The notes under the pieces: generated by a model
What the model saw: the letters and a program-made list of their open reading frames with translations, nothing else
The model's database searches: none
Told to the model about the DNA's origin: nothing
Source: an uncultured virus (IMG/VR IMGVR_UViG_3300005530_000024)
Lineage: Duplodnaviria > Heunggongvirae > Uroviricota > Caudoviricetes
Length of the DNA stretch: 64,000 bases
IMG/VR virus record: IMGVR_UViG_3300005530_000024
Reading direction: 5' to 3' (one strand)
In this document: one piece after another, positions 17,618-27,800 of the stretch
Layout: every line of letters starts with the position of its first letter
Position numbering within the stretch: position 1 is the first letter of the stretch
Program-made: the position numbers and the translations under genes

Positions 17618-18433
17618 ATGCCAGACTTCGTGAGTCAAATGGGTACTCCGGTGGCACCCTTCGGTGTTGTCGAGTTCCTACGCAGTACCAAGGATCTCGG
17701 CACCGAGCCCTACACCTGCTACGCCGGCTCTATTCCGCCTCAGTACCGCGACGGCAACCCTGGAATGAAGATGCTCCAGGCCGGAACCGTCATGGCGAAG
17801 ATCACTTCTGGCCCCGGCATCGGCAAGGTGGGTCCGTTCCAGTCAAGCACCGGCACTGCCGAGGTTCAGACCCTGACTCCCGGCGGAACTTACGCTGGTG
17901 CAACAGGGAACTTCGACCTTCAGGCTGCAGGCAGCGCCGACCCGCGAGACAAGGTCAACCTGCCGATCGGAGCCGTCGCCCTCGACGTACAGAATGCACT
18001 TCGGACGATGCCTTCGTACGCAGCCTTCCTTCCGACCGTGACCGGAGGCCCACTCGCAACTGGAGCCTTCACGATCACCTTCGGGGGCGGTGCCTACGAC
18101 GCAGACGTTCCGGCACTGCAGTTCACCCCACACTTCACGGGCGGCACCGCCCCTGTGGCAACGGTTGCCACATCGACTCCTGGTGTCGCCGGTGACGCTG
18201 CCGATGGTCGCCAGACCTTGGCGAACATCGTCGGCCTGAACCTGACCACTCTGCCGTGGCAGCTCATGGAGCGCGACGTCGAGATCAGCGTCGTCTACGA
18301 CTGCGAAGCAGTTCAGGGATGGTGCACGGAGTACGACCTGAACGGCAACCTCGTCCCCCTGTCCAACACCACGGCTGCAGCAATGCAGCGCGGGGGAGCG
18401 GCGGGCAAGATGGTCGATATCGGCTGGCACTAG
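17618..18433 (+). CDS. Head decoration protein with an inserted domain
   Basis: LQAGTVMAKITSG...GPF and DGRQ...IVG flank an EVQTLT...STPG insert; precedes the major capsid gene. Confidence 0.7.
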   Translation: MPDFVSQMGTPVAPFGVVEFLRSTKDLGTEPYTCYAGSIPPQYRDGNPGMKMLQAGTVMAKITSGPGIGKVGPFQSSTGTAEVQTLTPGGTYAGATGNFDLQAAGSADPRDKVNLPIGAVALDVQNALRTMPSYAAFLPTVTGGPLATGAFTITFGGGAYDADVPALQFTPHFTGGTAPVATVATSTPGVAGDAADGRQTLANIVGLNLTTLPWQLMERDVEISVVYDCEAVQGWCTEYDLNGNLVPLSNTTAAAMQRGGAAGKMVDIGWH

Positions 18434-18477
18434 GCCGAGTCGTCCATAACAGTCCCTGAGAAGGAGAAAGAAGAGAC

Positions 18478-19662
18478 ATGACTGTTCCGCTGTTGCAGCC
18501 TGCGTATCCGCCGTTCAATCGGCTGGTGCGCAAGGAGGTGTCCCTCGGGACGATCCGTGAGATGCTGCCACCGTCTGACCACATCGGCTTGGCGCAGATC
18601 GCGCCCTTCCTGAACGTGGACACCGACGATGTGATCTTCGATTACATCAAGGGTGGCCTCAGTGAAGGTCTGGCCCCCGCGCGTGCCGAGGATGCCGAGT
18701 CCGAGCTGAGCCAGAAGGACGAAGGTGCCTACATTCAGGGTCGCGCGTCCTTGATCGACTGGTCGCTCAAGGACAAGTACACCGCCTCAGATGTCACCAG
18801 GTTCCGAGATGGTCTGCTGATCGCCGAGCAGCTCAATGGAATCAATGGGCTGAGTCTGGCGCAAGGTTTCGTCGGCAACCCGGTTGCCGACTTCACTGCG
18901 CGTGTCGCTCGACACGACGCGCTTCGTCGCCGCAAGCTCGACAACCGCATCGAGTGGCTGATCATGACTGCGTTGGAGACTGGCAAGATCGTCTACAACG
19001 ACGGAAAGATCAAGTTCACGGTGGACTACGGCCGTCCCGCCAACCAGCAGGATCAGGCTCCAGCCAGTGGCAACCTCTGGGACACTGCAGCCTCCGACCC
19101 GATCGGTGACTGCCTGGCGATGAACCAGTACATGTGGGACACCTGGAAGATCACGGTGGATCACGCCTACATCAGCCGTCGCATCCTGCACTCGTTCTGG
19201 AAGTCCAGCAAGTTCGTCGGAGTCTACGCGCCGATCGTAGGACTGCCGGCCGGTGGAGCACCTTCGAGTCCGATCGACCTGAACTACCTTGCTCAGGGCT
19301 TCGGTCCACAGCAGGCGCTGCAGATCCTGGAGAATTCGACGGGGATCAAGTTCACGGTCTACGACAGTGTGTACCGTACGCGCGACTTCGGTACGCAGAC
19401 CTGGGTGAACAACAGGTTCACGTCTGACAACAAGATCATCTTCATGCCGTCCTTCGAGCAGCTCAACCAGATCGACGACACGGTGATCGGCTTCGCCAAG
19501 ACCCTCACTTCGCCGCACCCCGAGGGCAACTGGCAGAGCGGCTACTACGAGTGGGAAGACGAGACTCGTGACCCCTGGATGCACGTCAAGGGTACGGGTA
19601 TCAAGGCGTTCCCTGTCTTCCCGTTCATGGAATATAGCTACGTGATGCAGGTGCTCGCTTAA
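18478..19662 (+). CDS. Major capsid protein (lambda E-like family)
   Basis: 394 aa; RIEW...AL.TGKI, VDYG, DPIGD, DPW motifs; strong codon bias. Confidence 0.9.
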   Translation: MTVPLLQPAYPPFNRLVRKEVSLGTIREMLPPSDHIGLAQIAPFLNVDTDDVIFDYIKGGLSEGLAPARAEDAESELSQKDEGAYIQGRASLIDWSLKDKYTASDVTRFRDGLLIAEQLNGINGLSLAQGFVGNPVADFTARVARHDALRRRKLDNRIEWLIMTALETGKIVYNDGKIKFTVDYGRPANQQDQAPASGNLWDTAASDPIGDCLAMNQYMWDTWKITVDHAYISRRILHSFWKSSKFVGVYAPIVGLPAGGAPSSPIDLNYLAQGFGPQQALQILENSTGIKFTVYDSVYRTRDFGTQTWVNNRFTSDNKIIFMPSFEQLNQIDDTVIGFAKTLTSPHPEGNWQSGYYEWEDETRDPWMHVKGTGIKAFPVFPFMEYSYVMQVLA

Positions 19663-19682
19663 GCCTAGCGTCATCGAGGTTC

Positions 19683-19722
19683 CCTGAACCCCAGTCTTGA
19701 AAAGAATAGGCTGGGGTTCAGG
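19683..19722 (+). terminator. Hairpin after the major capsid gene
   Basis: CCTGAACCCCAGTCT/AGGCTGGGGTTCAGG. Confidence 0.65.
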
Positions 19723-19754
19723 TCTGAAGTTCGCCGAGAGAAACGAGAGAGAAG

Positions 19755-19979
19755 ATGTCAAAGGGACCAGGGCGCGTCACCGAGACGGCTACCACCTACA
19801 AGACCACAGGTGGCAACAACGTGCCTGCGTCTTCAGGTGTGACTGTCCAGCCTGCAGCGTCTGCGCTGCTCGATGACACCAAGGCGCCTTTCAACCACGA
19901 CGGCAACGACGTGAGTGGCTACAGGAACGTGACTTCGGAGTACCGCACGTACGCCGACGTCCGCAACAAGCCGCTCTAG
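19755..19979 (+). CDS. Small hypothetical (virion?) protein
   Basis: 74 aa, high GC3. Confidence 0.65.
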   Translation: MSKGPGRVTETATTYKTTGGNNVPASSGVTVQPAASALLDDTKAPFNHDGNDVSGYRNVTSEYRTYADVRNKPL

Positions 19980-20072
19980 CAGGCATCAGGGAGCGACAGG
20001 GAATAAGCCCCCCTGACTTAAATGAGCCGTGGCAGGTCGGCCGTCCCTTAGTGAGCCTGAAAGGTTGCAGCA

Positions 20073-20573
20073 ATGGCATACGCTGGTGTGTACTGCAAGA
20101 GTGATGATCTGCTGATTGGTGATTTAACGCTCAAAGCAGCGACTGCAGACGCAACTCTACAGAAGCACATCGACGGAGCAGCTGACAAGATTGACGCTGC
20201 CATCGGTGCGATCTATTCGACGCCTGTTGACTCGAACAGTGTAAGCCGTCCTGGCTGGCTGCTGTTAAAGCAGATCGCTATTAACATAGCGAGCGGACGT
20301 CTCCTGATGGAAAGTGATCAGGCTGGCGAAGGTACAAAGGTTCACGACTATGCCTTATATCTGCTTCAGCAGGCGGATATGGCCCTTGACGCGATTGTCA
20401 AGGGTGATGCAAACTTGCGCCCTACTGTGGAGAATGAAAACCCCGACTCCACTCGCGGCAAGGTTCTTGTCAACAATCTCGATGGGTACTCACAGGTCGA
20501 GGCTTTCTACGGTTGGGCAGCATCGCCTCCTCCGTGGTATCTGCGTGGAGGTGTTGTTCCTTATGGTAGGTAA
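20073..20573 (+). CDS. Head-to-tail adaptor (Mu gp36-like)
   Basis: YC..DDL, ID.A.D.IDA.IG..Y.TP; position after the capsid gene. Confidence 0.75.
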   Translation: MAYAGVYCKSDDLLIGDLTLKAATADATLQKHIDGAADKIDAAIGAIYSTPVDSNSVSRPGWLLLKQIAINIASGRLLMESDQAGEGTKVHDYALYLLQQADMALDAIVKGDANLRPTVENENPDSTRGKVLVNNLDGYSQVEAFYGWAASPPPWYLRGGVVPYGR

Positions 20574-20760
20574 TCCTACAGTCAACAACCCTGACAACGG
20601 AGTCGGGTTCGAGGATAATCCTCAAGTCGACTCTTCACTTCCGACCCGTAGACTGTTTCCTCACGTCTTTCCGGCGAACAAGGGAGCATGGAGTCGTCTC
20701 AGGGGGCCGCTTCCGCAGCTTGGAAGTGTCTTGCAGATCATCAAGCCACCGAAGAATTAG
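20563..20760 (+). CDS. Small hypothetical protein
   Basis: ATG after GGAGGTG; 3' part of ORF 20314..20760. Confidence 0.5.
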   Translation: MVGNPTVNNPDNGVGFEDNPQVDSSLPTRRLFPHVFPANKGAWSRLRGPLPQLGSVLQIIKPPKN

Positions 20761-20769
20761 GACAATACA

Positions 20770-21312
20770 GTGACAAGTGCTATGATTCAGGTTTGGGCTA
20801 CGTCCGAACCTGAATCCGTACTCGGTGCTGTGCGTGGGATCGAGAATGCACTCTCTGAAGCCTCTCTTGAAGCCTGGCTCTCAGGAGAGGCCAATAGTTA
20901 CATCGCAAGACGAGCTGCAGATAGGTTCGCTAAAGAGGGCGACGATGTAGTTGGTCAGTGGGAGCAGCTTGCTCCAGCAACCGTTGACATTAGGCAGTCT
21001 CAAGGCTTCGGTGGTGCTCACCCGATCAACAAGCGTACTGGCGAGTTAGAGGCGTTCATTACACAGTCAGGTGGCAAGACTGATTTAACTGGTTCTGGTG
21101 TAGAATTAGTGACACCAGGAGATGCGCCAGATGGGGAACTAGCCCTTAAGCTCTCTGTGGCTCAGTCGGGTGGTACGAGTAAGTGGGGCAATCCTATTCC
21201 AAAGCGGCCAGTTCTGGGTATCAATTCTACGGACGCTGTGACTCTGACTGAGTTGTTAGCTGTGCACCTTGAATCACAGCTTCGCTCCGGCGGTCTAGCA
21301 GGTGCTCTATGA
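20770..21312 (+). CDS. Virion morphogenesis/tail completion protein
   Basis: RF..EG...W..L..AT...R, TG.L, IP.RP.LG motifs. Confidence 0.75.
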   Translation: MTSAMIQVWATSEPESVLGAVRGIENALSEASLEAWLSGEANSYIARRAADRFAKEGDDVVGQWEQLAPATVDIRQSQGFGGAHPINKRTGELEAFITQSGGKTDLTGSGVELVTPGDAPDGELALKLSVAQSGGTSKWGNPIPKRPVLGINSTDAVTLTELLAVHLESQLRSGGLAGAL

Positions 21313-21812
21313 GTCTTGACTTGACTCAGTTGGTCTTTCCTAACAACGTCGTGGAGCTTATTGCTACTCGATTTGAGGTAATCGACCCGGCACTTCTTAC
21401 AGTGTTTCGCCGAGGTCTTCGCGTTCAAGACCCCAATTACTCCATAGGAGTCTCTGCTGTCGACTGGGCGCCCGTACCTAACAGCATGGAAATGATGGGA
21501 GTAGATCACTCGAGGGCTTCCACCATTGAGCAGTACCTTCTTTCTGTTGAGGCCTTCGTCAAGATGGAGGATGAAGAAGAAGCTCTGATTGCCCACTCCG
21601 TAATTAGCAAGACAATACGGACTATCCTTGCCAGTGACGTACCCCTTCGTACACAATTGGGCGGACTGACGTGTACCTTCAACGGTGAAACCGAACGTCT
21701 CAAGAGATGGTGGGTTCATCGAGCAAGGTACCACAGTAAGAACATTTCTGGAACGAATATGTACGCAACCATCAACGACGTGATGCTTGAGGTAGAAAAG
21801 GTGACAGCATGA
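21309..21812 (+). CDS. Tail terminator-like protein
   Basis: Size, alpha/beta pattern and position before the tail tube. Confidence 0.6.
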   Translation: MSLDLTQLVFPNNVVELIATRFEVIDPALLTVFRRGLRVQDPNYSIGVSAVDWAPVPNSMEMMGVDHSRASTIEQYLLSVEAFVKMEDEEEALIAHSVISKTIRTILASDVPLRTQLGGLTCTFNGETERLKRWWVHRARYHSKNISGTNMYATINDVMLEVEKVTA

Positions 21813-22438
21813 CAGAAGCAACTGACCTTGCATCCGTCGAGGATGGCATCGAGGAAAGGCGGCGCGTCTTAGCTGCCCTCAAGGCGCAGGAGGCAGCGCT
21901 GGTGACAACTGCTGCACTCGATGATCGCAGCGAGGCACTTGCTGCCGAAGAGCGCCTGCTCGATGCGCAGATCGACGAGCAGCTCAACGTCATCGCTGGG
22001 CATGCAGGCATTCCTTCGACTGACATCGCAGACGCGAAGCAGAAGATGCTCGCAGCTGTCGAGCAGCAAGTCAGGGATCAGAAGGCAGCGGATGATGCAG
22101 CTGCTGCCGACGTAGAGGCGGCAGACGAGCAGAGGCGCAGGCAGGCAGAGGCAGATGCCAAGCAAGCAGCCGAACAGGCTGCGTCCGATGCGCAGGCGCG
22201 GCTCGACGAAGCCCTTGCGGCAAGTCAGCAGGCTGTTTCGACGGCACCTCCTGCCAACCTTCCGCCTACGCCGGCAGAGACGGTACCGACGACTCCGTCG
22301 GTACCTGACGACAGTTCAGGCCAGCCTTCGGATACTTCAGGCGGCACTGGTGAACCTCCAGTGCCGCCACTTCCGCCGGTACCAACTCCACCAGCACCCG
22401 CAGATGCGGCGGCAACTGACACCGGAAAGGACGCCTAA
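21809..22438 (+). CDS. Coiled-coil plus Pro-rich hypothetical protein
   Basis: Ala/Glu/Gln heptads, then a Pro/Thr/Ser tail. Confidence 0.7.
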   Translation: MTEATDLASVEDGIEERRRVLAALKAQEAALVTTAALDDRSEALAAEERLLDAQIDEQLNVIAGHAGIPSTDIADAKQKMLAAVEQQVRDQKAADDAAAADVEAADEQRRRQAEADAKQAAEQAASDAQARLDEALAASQQAVSTAPPANLPPTPAETVPTTPSVPDDSSGQPSDTSGGTGEPPVPPLPPVPTPPAPADAAATDTGKDA

Positions 22439-22441
22439 GTC

Positions 22442-23464
22442 ATGGCGAACGGTTACTCGTCCCAGGCGGGGCATGTCATCTTCCGCACTCAGTCCGCTCA
22501 GGGAACCCTCGCGGCAGACCTGGCAACTGCTGGCGTGGCGATGAAGCTTACGGGCGGTTCACTCGGACCTTCTCGTACCCTCATGGTCCCGACGCCTGAG
22601 ATCGGAGGCAGTCGAGACATTCCTGACGCCTACCTCGGCCCGGCGATCTGGGAGGGGCAGTATTCCTTCTATACCAGGATCAACTCGTTCCTTACCCTGT
22701 TGGCTGCGGCCCTCGGAGTGGTGGGTACTCCAGCCACGACGACGGGGGTCACAACCCAGACGATCACTCCGTCTGACGGAGCGGCACTACCATTCCTCAG
22801 TATCGAGGAGTCGATTGGCGCAGGTCTGGAGACCTTCGACTACACCGATGGAGTCGTGAACAACCTCCACCTCGAGGCTTCGGCGGATGGTTACCTCATG
22901 GGTAACGCAGACATCATTGCCATCAAGCAGGTTGCTGGAGTTACCCCGACCGATCCGACCAACCTGTACGACAACGGCTTCCTGACTGTCGGGACGAACA
23001 TCACCCTGACGTACAACGGAGTGACGATTCCAGTCAAGAACTACAAGCTGGATATCAAGAACAACTTCGAGAACAACGACTACCGCATGGGAAGCTTCTA
23101 TGTCGGCTCCCTGGTGCCCAAGCGACGCGACGTGACCGGGAGTTTTCTGTTCCGTCCTGCCGATTCTGCGCTGTTCAAGCAGGCGGTCTACGGAGCTTCG
23201 ACGGCTACACAAGCGGGCGGTCTGACCACCAAGCAGCAAATGGTGATCACCATGACCACCTACGAGTCGATTCCAGGCGGAACCCCAACCACGTCATACA
23301 GTCTGACGTTGACCCTTCCGAAGGTAGCGTTCCTGCCGTTCTCGTTCGCACCATCGGGGGACAACATCATCGACACGGATATCAGCTTCCAGGCGTTGCG
23401 GCCGGCGAATGCAACCAAGCTGATCACGGCCGTCGCCAAGACTGACCTGCTCCTCATTGCCTAG
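22442..23464 (+). CDS. Major tail (tube) protein
   Basis: 340 aa, Thr/Gly-rich; LP.LSIEE, I.NN, R.VTG motifs. Confidence 0.85.
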   Translation: MANGYSSQAGHVIFRTQSAQGTLAADLATAGVAMKLTGGSLGPSRTLMVPTPEIGGSRDIPDAYLGPAIWEGQYSFYTRINSFLTLLAAALGVVGTPATTTGVTTQTITPSDGAALPFLSIEESIGAGLETFDYTDGVVNNLHLEASADGYLMGNADIIAIKQVAGVTPTDPTNLYDNGFLTVGTNITLTYNGVTIPVKNYKLDIKNNFENNDYRMGSFYVGSLVPKRRDVTGSFLFRPADSALFKQAVYGASTATQAGGLTTKQQMVITMTTYESIPGGTPTTSYSLTLTLPKVAFLPFSFAPSGDNIIDTDISFQALRPANATKLITAVAKTDLLLIA

Positions 23465-23474
23465 TCGGCAACGC

Positions 23475-23520
23475 TAGACATCGAAGCGTCGTTCGCCTAC
23501 CATGGGCGAGCGGCGCTTCG
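23475..23520 (+). promoter_or_regulatory. Terminator-like hairpin overlapping a promoter-like element
   Basis: Stem 23482-23520; TAGACA-17 bp-TACCAT at 23475-23503. Confidence 0.5.
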
Positions 23521-23561
23521 CTGCTTGAGGATAAATCCCAAAGACTCTGAAAGGGTCACAC

Positions 23562-24137
23562 ATGGACACTGCGCTACCAATCATCCCGCCGCCTGGAACC
23601 GATCTGTCCGATACCGAGCAGAACATGCTCCGTGCAGGCGTTGCGATTGACGAGCCTGGCTTCGAGGACTACTTCGGCTTCGAAGAGACGCACAAGTGGT
23701 TCTTCCCTGACGGGAAGCAGTACATCGAGTTCAAGATCATGAACGACGGAGCTCGCGGTCGCTACCAGCAGAAGACATCGAAGGACGTCCGTCTGTTCAA
23801 GACGTCTGGCGACGCAAGCATCAAGGTCGATCCGAGCCAAGAGCGTACGATCCTCTTCGAAGAGTCTATCGTCGGCTGGTTCATCGTCAAGAAGAATCCC
23901 GAGACTGGTGAGTGGGATGCTCAGCCCTTCGACCGCGAGGGCAAGCCTAAGCCGGGAGGCAACTTCGACAAGTGGCGAGCTCAGGCCAACCCGGTCTGGA
24001 TCTCTGACCTCGAGGCAGCTATCCGCAAGGCCAACCCGTGGCTGCGAGCCGAGCTGACCGTGAAGGATATCGACGAACAGATTGCAGAGCTCAATGTCAT
24101 GCGCGAAGAGGCGGTGAAGCGCGAAGAGGGAAAATAA
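23562..24137 (+). CDS. Tail assembly chaperone (G-like)
   Basis: Between tube and tape measure; ends at a slippery site. Confidence 0.8.
   Translation: MDTALPIIPPPGTDLSDTEQNMLRAGVAIDEPGFEDYFGFEETHKWFFPDGKQYIEFKIMNDGARGRYQQKTSKDVRLFKTSGDASIKVDPSQERTILFEESIVGWFIVKKNPETGEWDAQPFDREGKPKPGGNFDKWRAQANPVWISDLEAAIRKANPWLRAELTVKDIDEQIAELNVMREEAVKREEGK
24128..24134 (+). promoter_or_regulatory. Programmed -1 frameshift site
   Basis: G GGA AAA directly before TAA; the -1 frame is open to 24376. Confidence 0.85.
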
Positions 24138-24376
24138 GGTTTAGAGCCAAGGCCGAGTTATACTTTCAAGGCCAGCCGCTCACGAACCTGCCTACTTCAA
24201 TCAAGCTATGGCATAGATGCAAAGCGATGAAGTGGGCACACCTCCCCGTTGCAGGTGGTCTCTATGACCAACACCCTCAACTCATAGACGAGTGGGACAT
24301 TCTCTTCGAGATGGATGCCCACTACCAGCTACAGAGACAACGTCAACAAGAAGCAGAGATGAAGAATAGGAGATAG
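24134..24376 (+). CDS. Tail assembly chaperone, frameshifted extension (GT-like)
   Basis: C..M.W..LP.AGGLYDQ.P motif in the -1 frame. Confidence 0.8.
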   Translation: MRFRAKAELYFQGQPLTNLPTSIKLWHRCKAMKWAHLPVAGGLYDQHPQLIDEWDILFEMDAHYQLQRQRQQEAEMKNRR

Positions 24377-24378
24377 GC

Positions 24379-24717
24379 ATGCAGGAACCTTCAGTCGGTC
24401 GAGTGGTTCACGTCCTCGTGGACAGAGCTCAGAACAACGGCAGCGATGTCGCCCCCGCCGTGCTCACCAGGTGCTGGGGAAACGAGGCGTCGCCCGAGTA
24501 TCACACGGTCAATCTCCGCTTGCTTCTCGATGCTCACCCGAGTGATCGAGAGTGGAAGACCTCGGCACGGCTCTTCGAAGATCGTCAGGCCGCCGAGAGG
24601 TACTGTCGAGAGACAGCAGAGCAGGTTCACGAGGGCTACGCCGGAGGTGCGGATGCTGCCTATGCGAACTACCTGAACAGTGGCATGTTCGCGTTCTGGC
24701 CGCCTCGCGTCCCCTAG
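24379..24717 (+). CDS. Conserved hypothetical protein (PSVGR.VH family)
   Basis: PSVGRVVH...PA.LT..W...VNL...WPPRV. Confidence 0.75.
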   Translation: MQEPSVGRVVHVLVDRAQNNGSDVAPAVLTRCWGNEASPEYHTVNLRLLLDAHPSDREWKTSARLFEDRQAAERYCRETAEQVHEGYAGGADAAYANYLNSGMFAFWPPRVP

Positions 24718-24722
24718 TTTGA

Positions 24723-24770
24723 AGCGAACCGCCCCGGTGCCTAAGCTGGTAGGTGCCGGGGCGGTTTGCT
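24723..24770 (+). terminator. Long hairpin
   Basis: AGCGAACCGCCCCGG/CCGGGGCGGTTTGCT stem. Confidence 0.6.
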
Positions 24771-24838
24771 ATTCTGAGCACACCTTGTTGGGCGCCTGAA
24801 GCCCGTAGTGGTTTCGAGTACCCTAAAGGTGGTGTCCG

Positions 24839-27800
24839 TTGGAAAGCTACCTAAACATTACGATCAGGGTAGCAAAGGCTCAGGCCGAGGCGGCACTCGC
24901 CTCGCTGCGCGGAGAGATAACCGGCCTAAACTCTGCTATGCGCGGAGGCGCTGGATTCAATACTGCTACAAGTGTTGCAGGTGTTGATCGACTCACTGGG
25001 AGTATCCGCTCTGCTGGTTACGCGCTGAGTGCGACATTTACAGCACCACTGTTACTCGCGGGTCGTTCTCTGCTTAGTTTTAGTCTGGCTAACGAAACTG
25101 CAATGGCCGACCTCAAGAAGGTTTACGGTACTAACCCTCTAGCTGATTACAGCAAAGATGTTGCCGCGCTCGGAAAGAACTTCGAGGCTTTAAGTAACGA
25201 ATATGGCGTAAACCAGACTGAGGTAATCAAGATTGGTGCCGCTTGGGCAGCGGCTGGAGTTCAAGGTGCAGCGCTAGCGCGTTCTGTTGACAACACACTA
25301 AAGACTATGGTCATTGGTGATATCAACTCTGCACAGGCAACCGAAGCACTTATTTCAATTCAGGGGCAATACGGAGCAAGTGCGTCAGATCTGACAAAGA
25401 TTCTCAATGACCTCAACGTCGTAGAGAATACAACTGCAATCAGTATGGAAGGGCTCATAACAGGTTTCCAGCGTGCTGCTGGTGCAGCTGCGAATGGTGG
25501 AGTAACCTATAGAGAGCTTGCCGCTTTACTTGCTGCGATCACTCCTTACGCTGGTACGGCAGCGCAGGCTGGTAACAGCCTCAAGACGATTATCTCTAAT
25601 CTTGAAGCTCCATCACATGCTGCGTCCGAGGCGCTAAAGCTTGTCGGTATAAACATTGCAGATACCGGATGGAAGTCTGCTACTGCTACTGACAAGTTGA
25701 AGGAAGTCGCAAAGGCCTTCGAAAATCTGAGTGATGCCCAGAAGAATGTCATCGCACGACAGTTGTCTGGCGCGTTCCAGGTCAGTCGATTCGATGTCCT
25801 TCTTCGAGATATTGCATTAAGTCTTGACAAGACGACAGCTGCGCAAAGCCGGTATGGTAAGGCGATGGCTGCGACCATCGACCCGACTGTTAATGCTGAG
25901 GTTGCCCAAAAAGAGCTTCAGACTGTTCTTGATTCTAACCCGAAGAAGTTGCAGATTCTCGGGGATATGATGAAGAACAACCTTGCCGATATTCTCGTCA
26001 AGTTGCTGCCTGTTATAATCAGCATCGTAGCAGCTGTAAATAGTCTTGTAACCTGGTTCAGTAATCTCAACCCCAACGTCCAGAAGGCCGTTGGAATCTT
26101 CCTGTTGCTGATGGCGGCACTTGGGCCAGTACTTCTGTACCTTTCCGCTCTGCGAGATGTCGCACGTTTTGGCGGTGACGCACTCTTCTTCTTCCTGAAG
26201 CCATTAGGGCTCATTCCGGCTGCATTGAGTCTAATCCTTGCTCCCGCTCGTGGCGCTATGGCGCTCATTGGTGCTATAGGAGCACTGTTCACTTTCAGCG
26301 GACGACAGGCTACGACTGGCGCGGTTCAGGTTGGTGCCTCGGTAGCCGAGATGACTGCTAGTATCTCGGCTAACACTGAGATCATCGCAGCAAACTTGTT
26401 TGAACTTATAAATGTGATCAGAGAACAGTTTGCGCAGATGTTTCTTATTCTGCGATCCATAGCTTCCGCTGGGTTCGGAACAGTTGCCGAGGAGGCAACT
26501 GTTGGCATGGCAGCAACTGATACTGCAGTAGCAGCTGGGCTAGATCTTGTAGTCGCTACCTTCACAACAGGCGGTGCTTCCATAGTTGCAATCTGGACTG
26601 CAACTATGGGATTCATCTTTAATGAGACTGTAGCCGGTATGGGTACGATAAATGCCGAGGCAGCTACAGGCATGGCAGCTCTGCTAGGAGAAACTGAAAC
26701 TGGATTAGTTCTTTGGAATGCTGAATTTGCAGCAGCACAACTTCGCAATACTGTAATCATAAACGAAGGGTTCTTAGCTCAGGTCAGTGCAACTCGAGCT
26801 GGCATGCTAGCCATTGAAGGTGAAACAGCAGCCGGTGCAGCTGCAGCTAGTGGCGGGCTATTGAGTGGTTTGGCACGAATTCCGGCACTTATACTCGGAT
26901 TCTTTATTGGCCTACCGGGTAAAATCGTGGGGCTTTTAGTTGGGCTCCCCGGAATGTTGCTACGGGTAATAAGCGGCATTGCACCGGCCATCCTGACGGG
27001 CGGGCGGGCTATCCTAGCCGCACTTACAGGCCCGATCGGGATAGCTATTGCCGCTGTCTTGTTAGCAGTCGCACTATTCCGTAAGCAGATCGAAGAAGGC
27101 TGGGACTCAGTCGTTCACTGGTTCCAGTCAGGCTCAAATGCCGTTGCAGGTGCGTTAGCTCCTTTGGTCAATGTCTTTTATGACGCAATCAGTCTTGTTA
27201 TTAAGGGATTCGATGCTTTGCCACAGGGTGTCCAAAGCGCCCTTATGGCTGTGGTGAATATCGTCAAGTCTGCCGCTGAGGCTGTTTACAGTTTGTTCAG
27301 CTACCTCAACCCCTGGGCGCATCACTCTCCTTCGCTGGTAGAAAACGTAACAACTGGTATGCAAGCTGTCATGGCACAGTTTGCGCTGCTAGAAGATGTC
27401 TCTGGGCCAATTGACAAGGCGTACAATGACATCAAGCGCTTTGGTTCTGCGGTAGCCGCACTTGAAGGACACTCGAATACCATTACGGTAAATGCAGACG
27501 TCGCAAATATTCGGAAAGCCGGAGGCGGTACTGGTGCGGTAAATGCTTATCTAACCGAAACAGCAGATGTCGCAGCATTGACTGCGCGCCAGGCTGCACT
27601 CAATGCTGCAATGAAGCAGCAGCAGGCGATCGTTGATAAGCTAGACTCCGGCATCAAGGCTTATAATCAGCAGTTAGCTGCTCAGAATGCAATTTTGGCC
27701 CAGTTGCAGGAAACTCAGTCTGCTGCACAGGAGGGAATGAGCCAGGCACAGTCGGATCTTCAGAAGTACCAGAGCTATGGTATCATCGGACAGAAGGCTA

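Noticed and set aside
18787..19761. 324-aa antisense ORF over the capsid gene (also 17077-17619 and 17843-18430)
   Set aside because: Shadow ORFs expected from strong GC3 bias; no RBS or recognisable motifs
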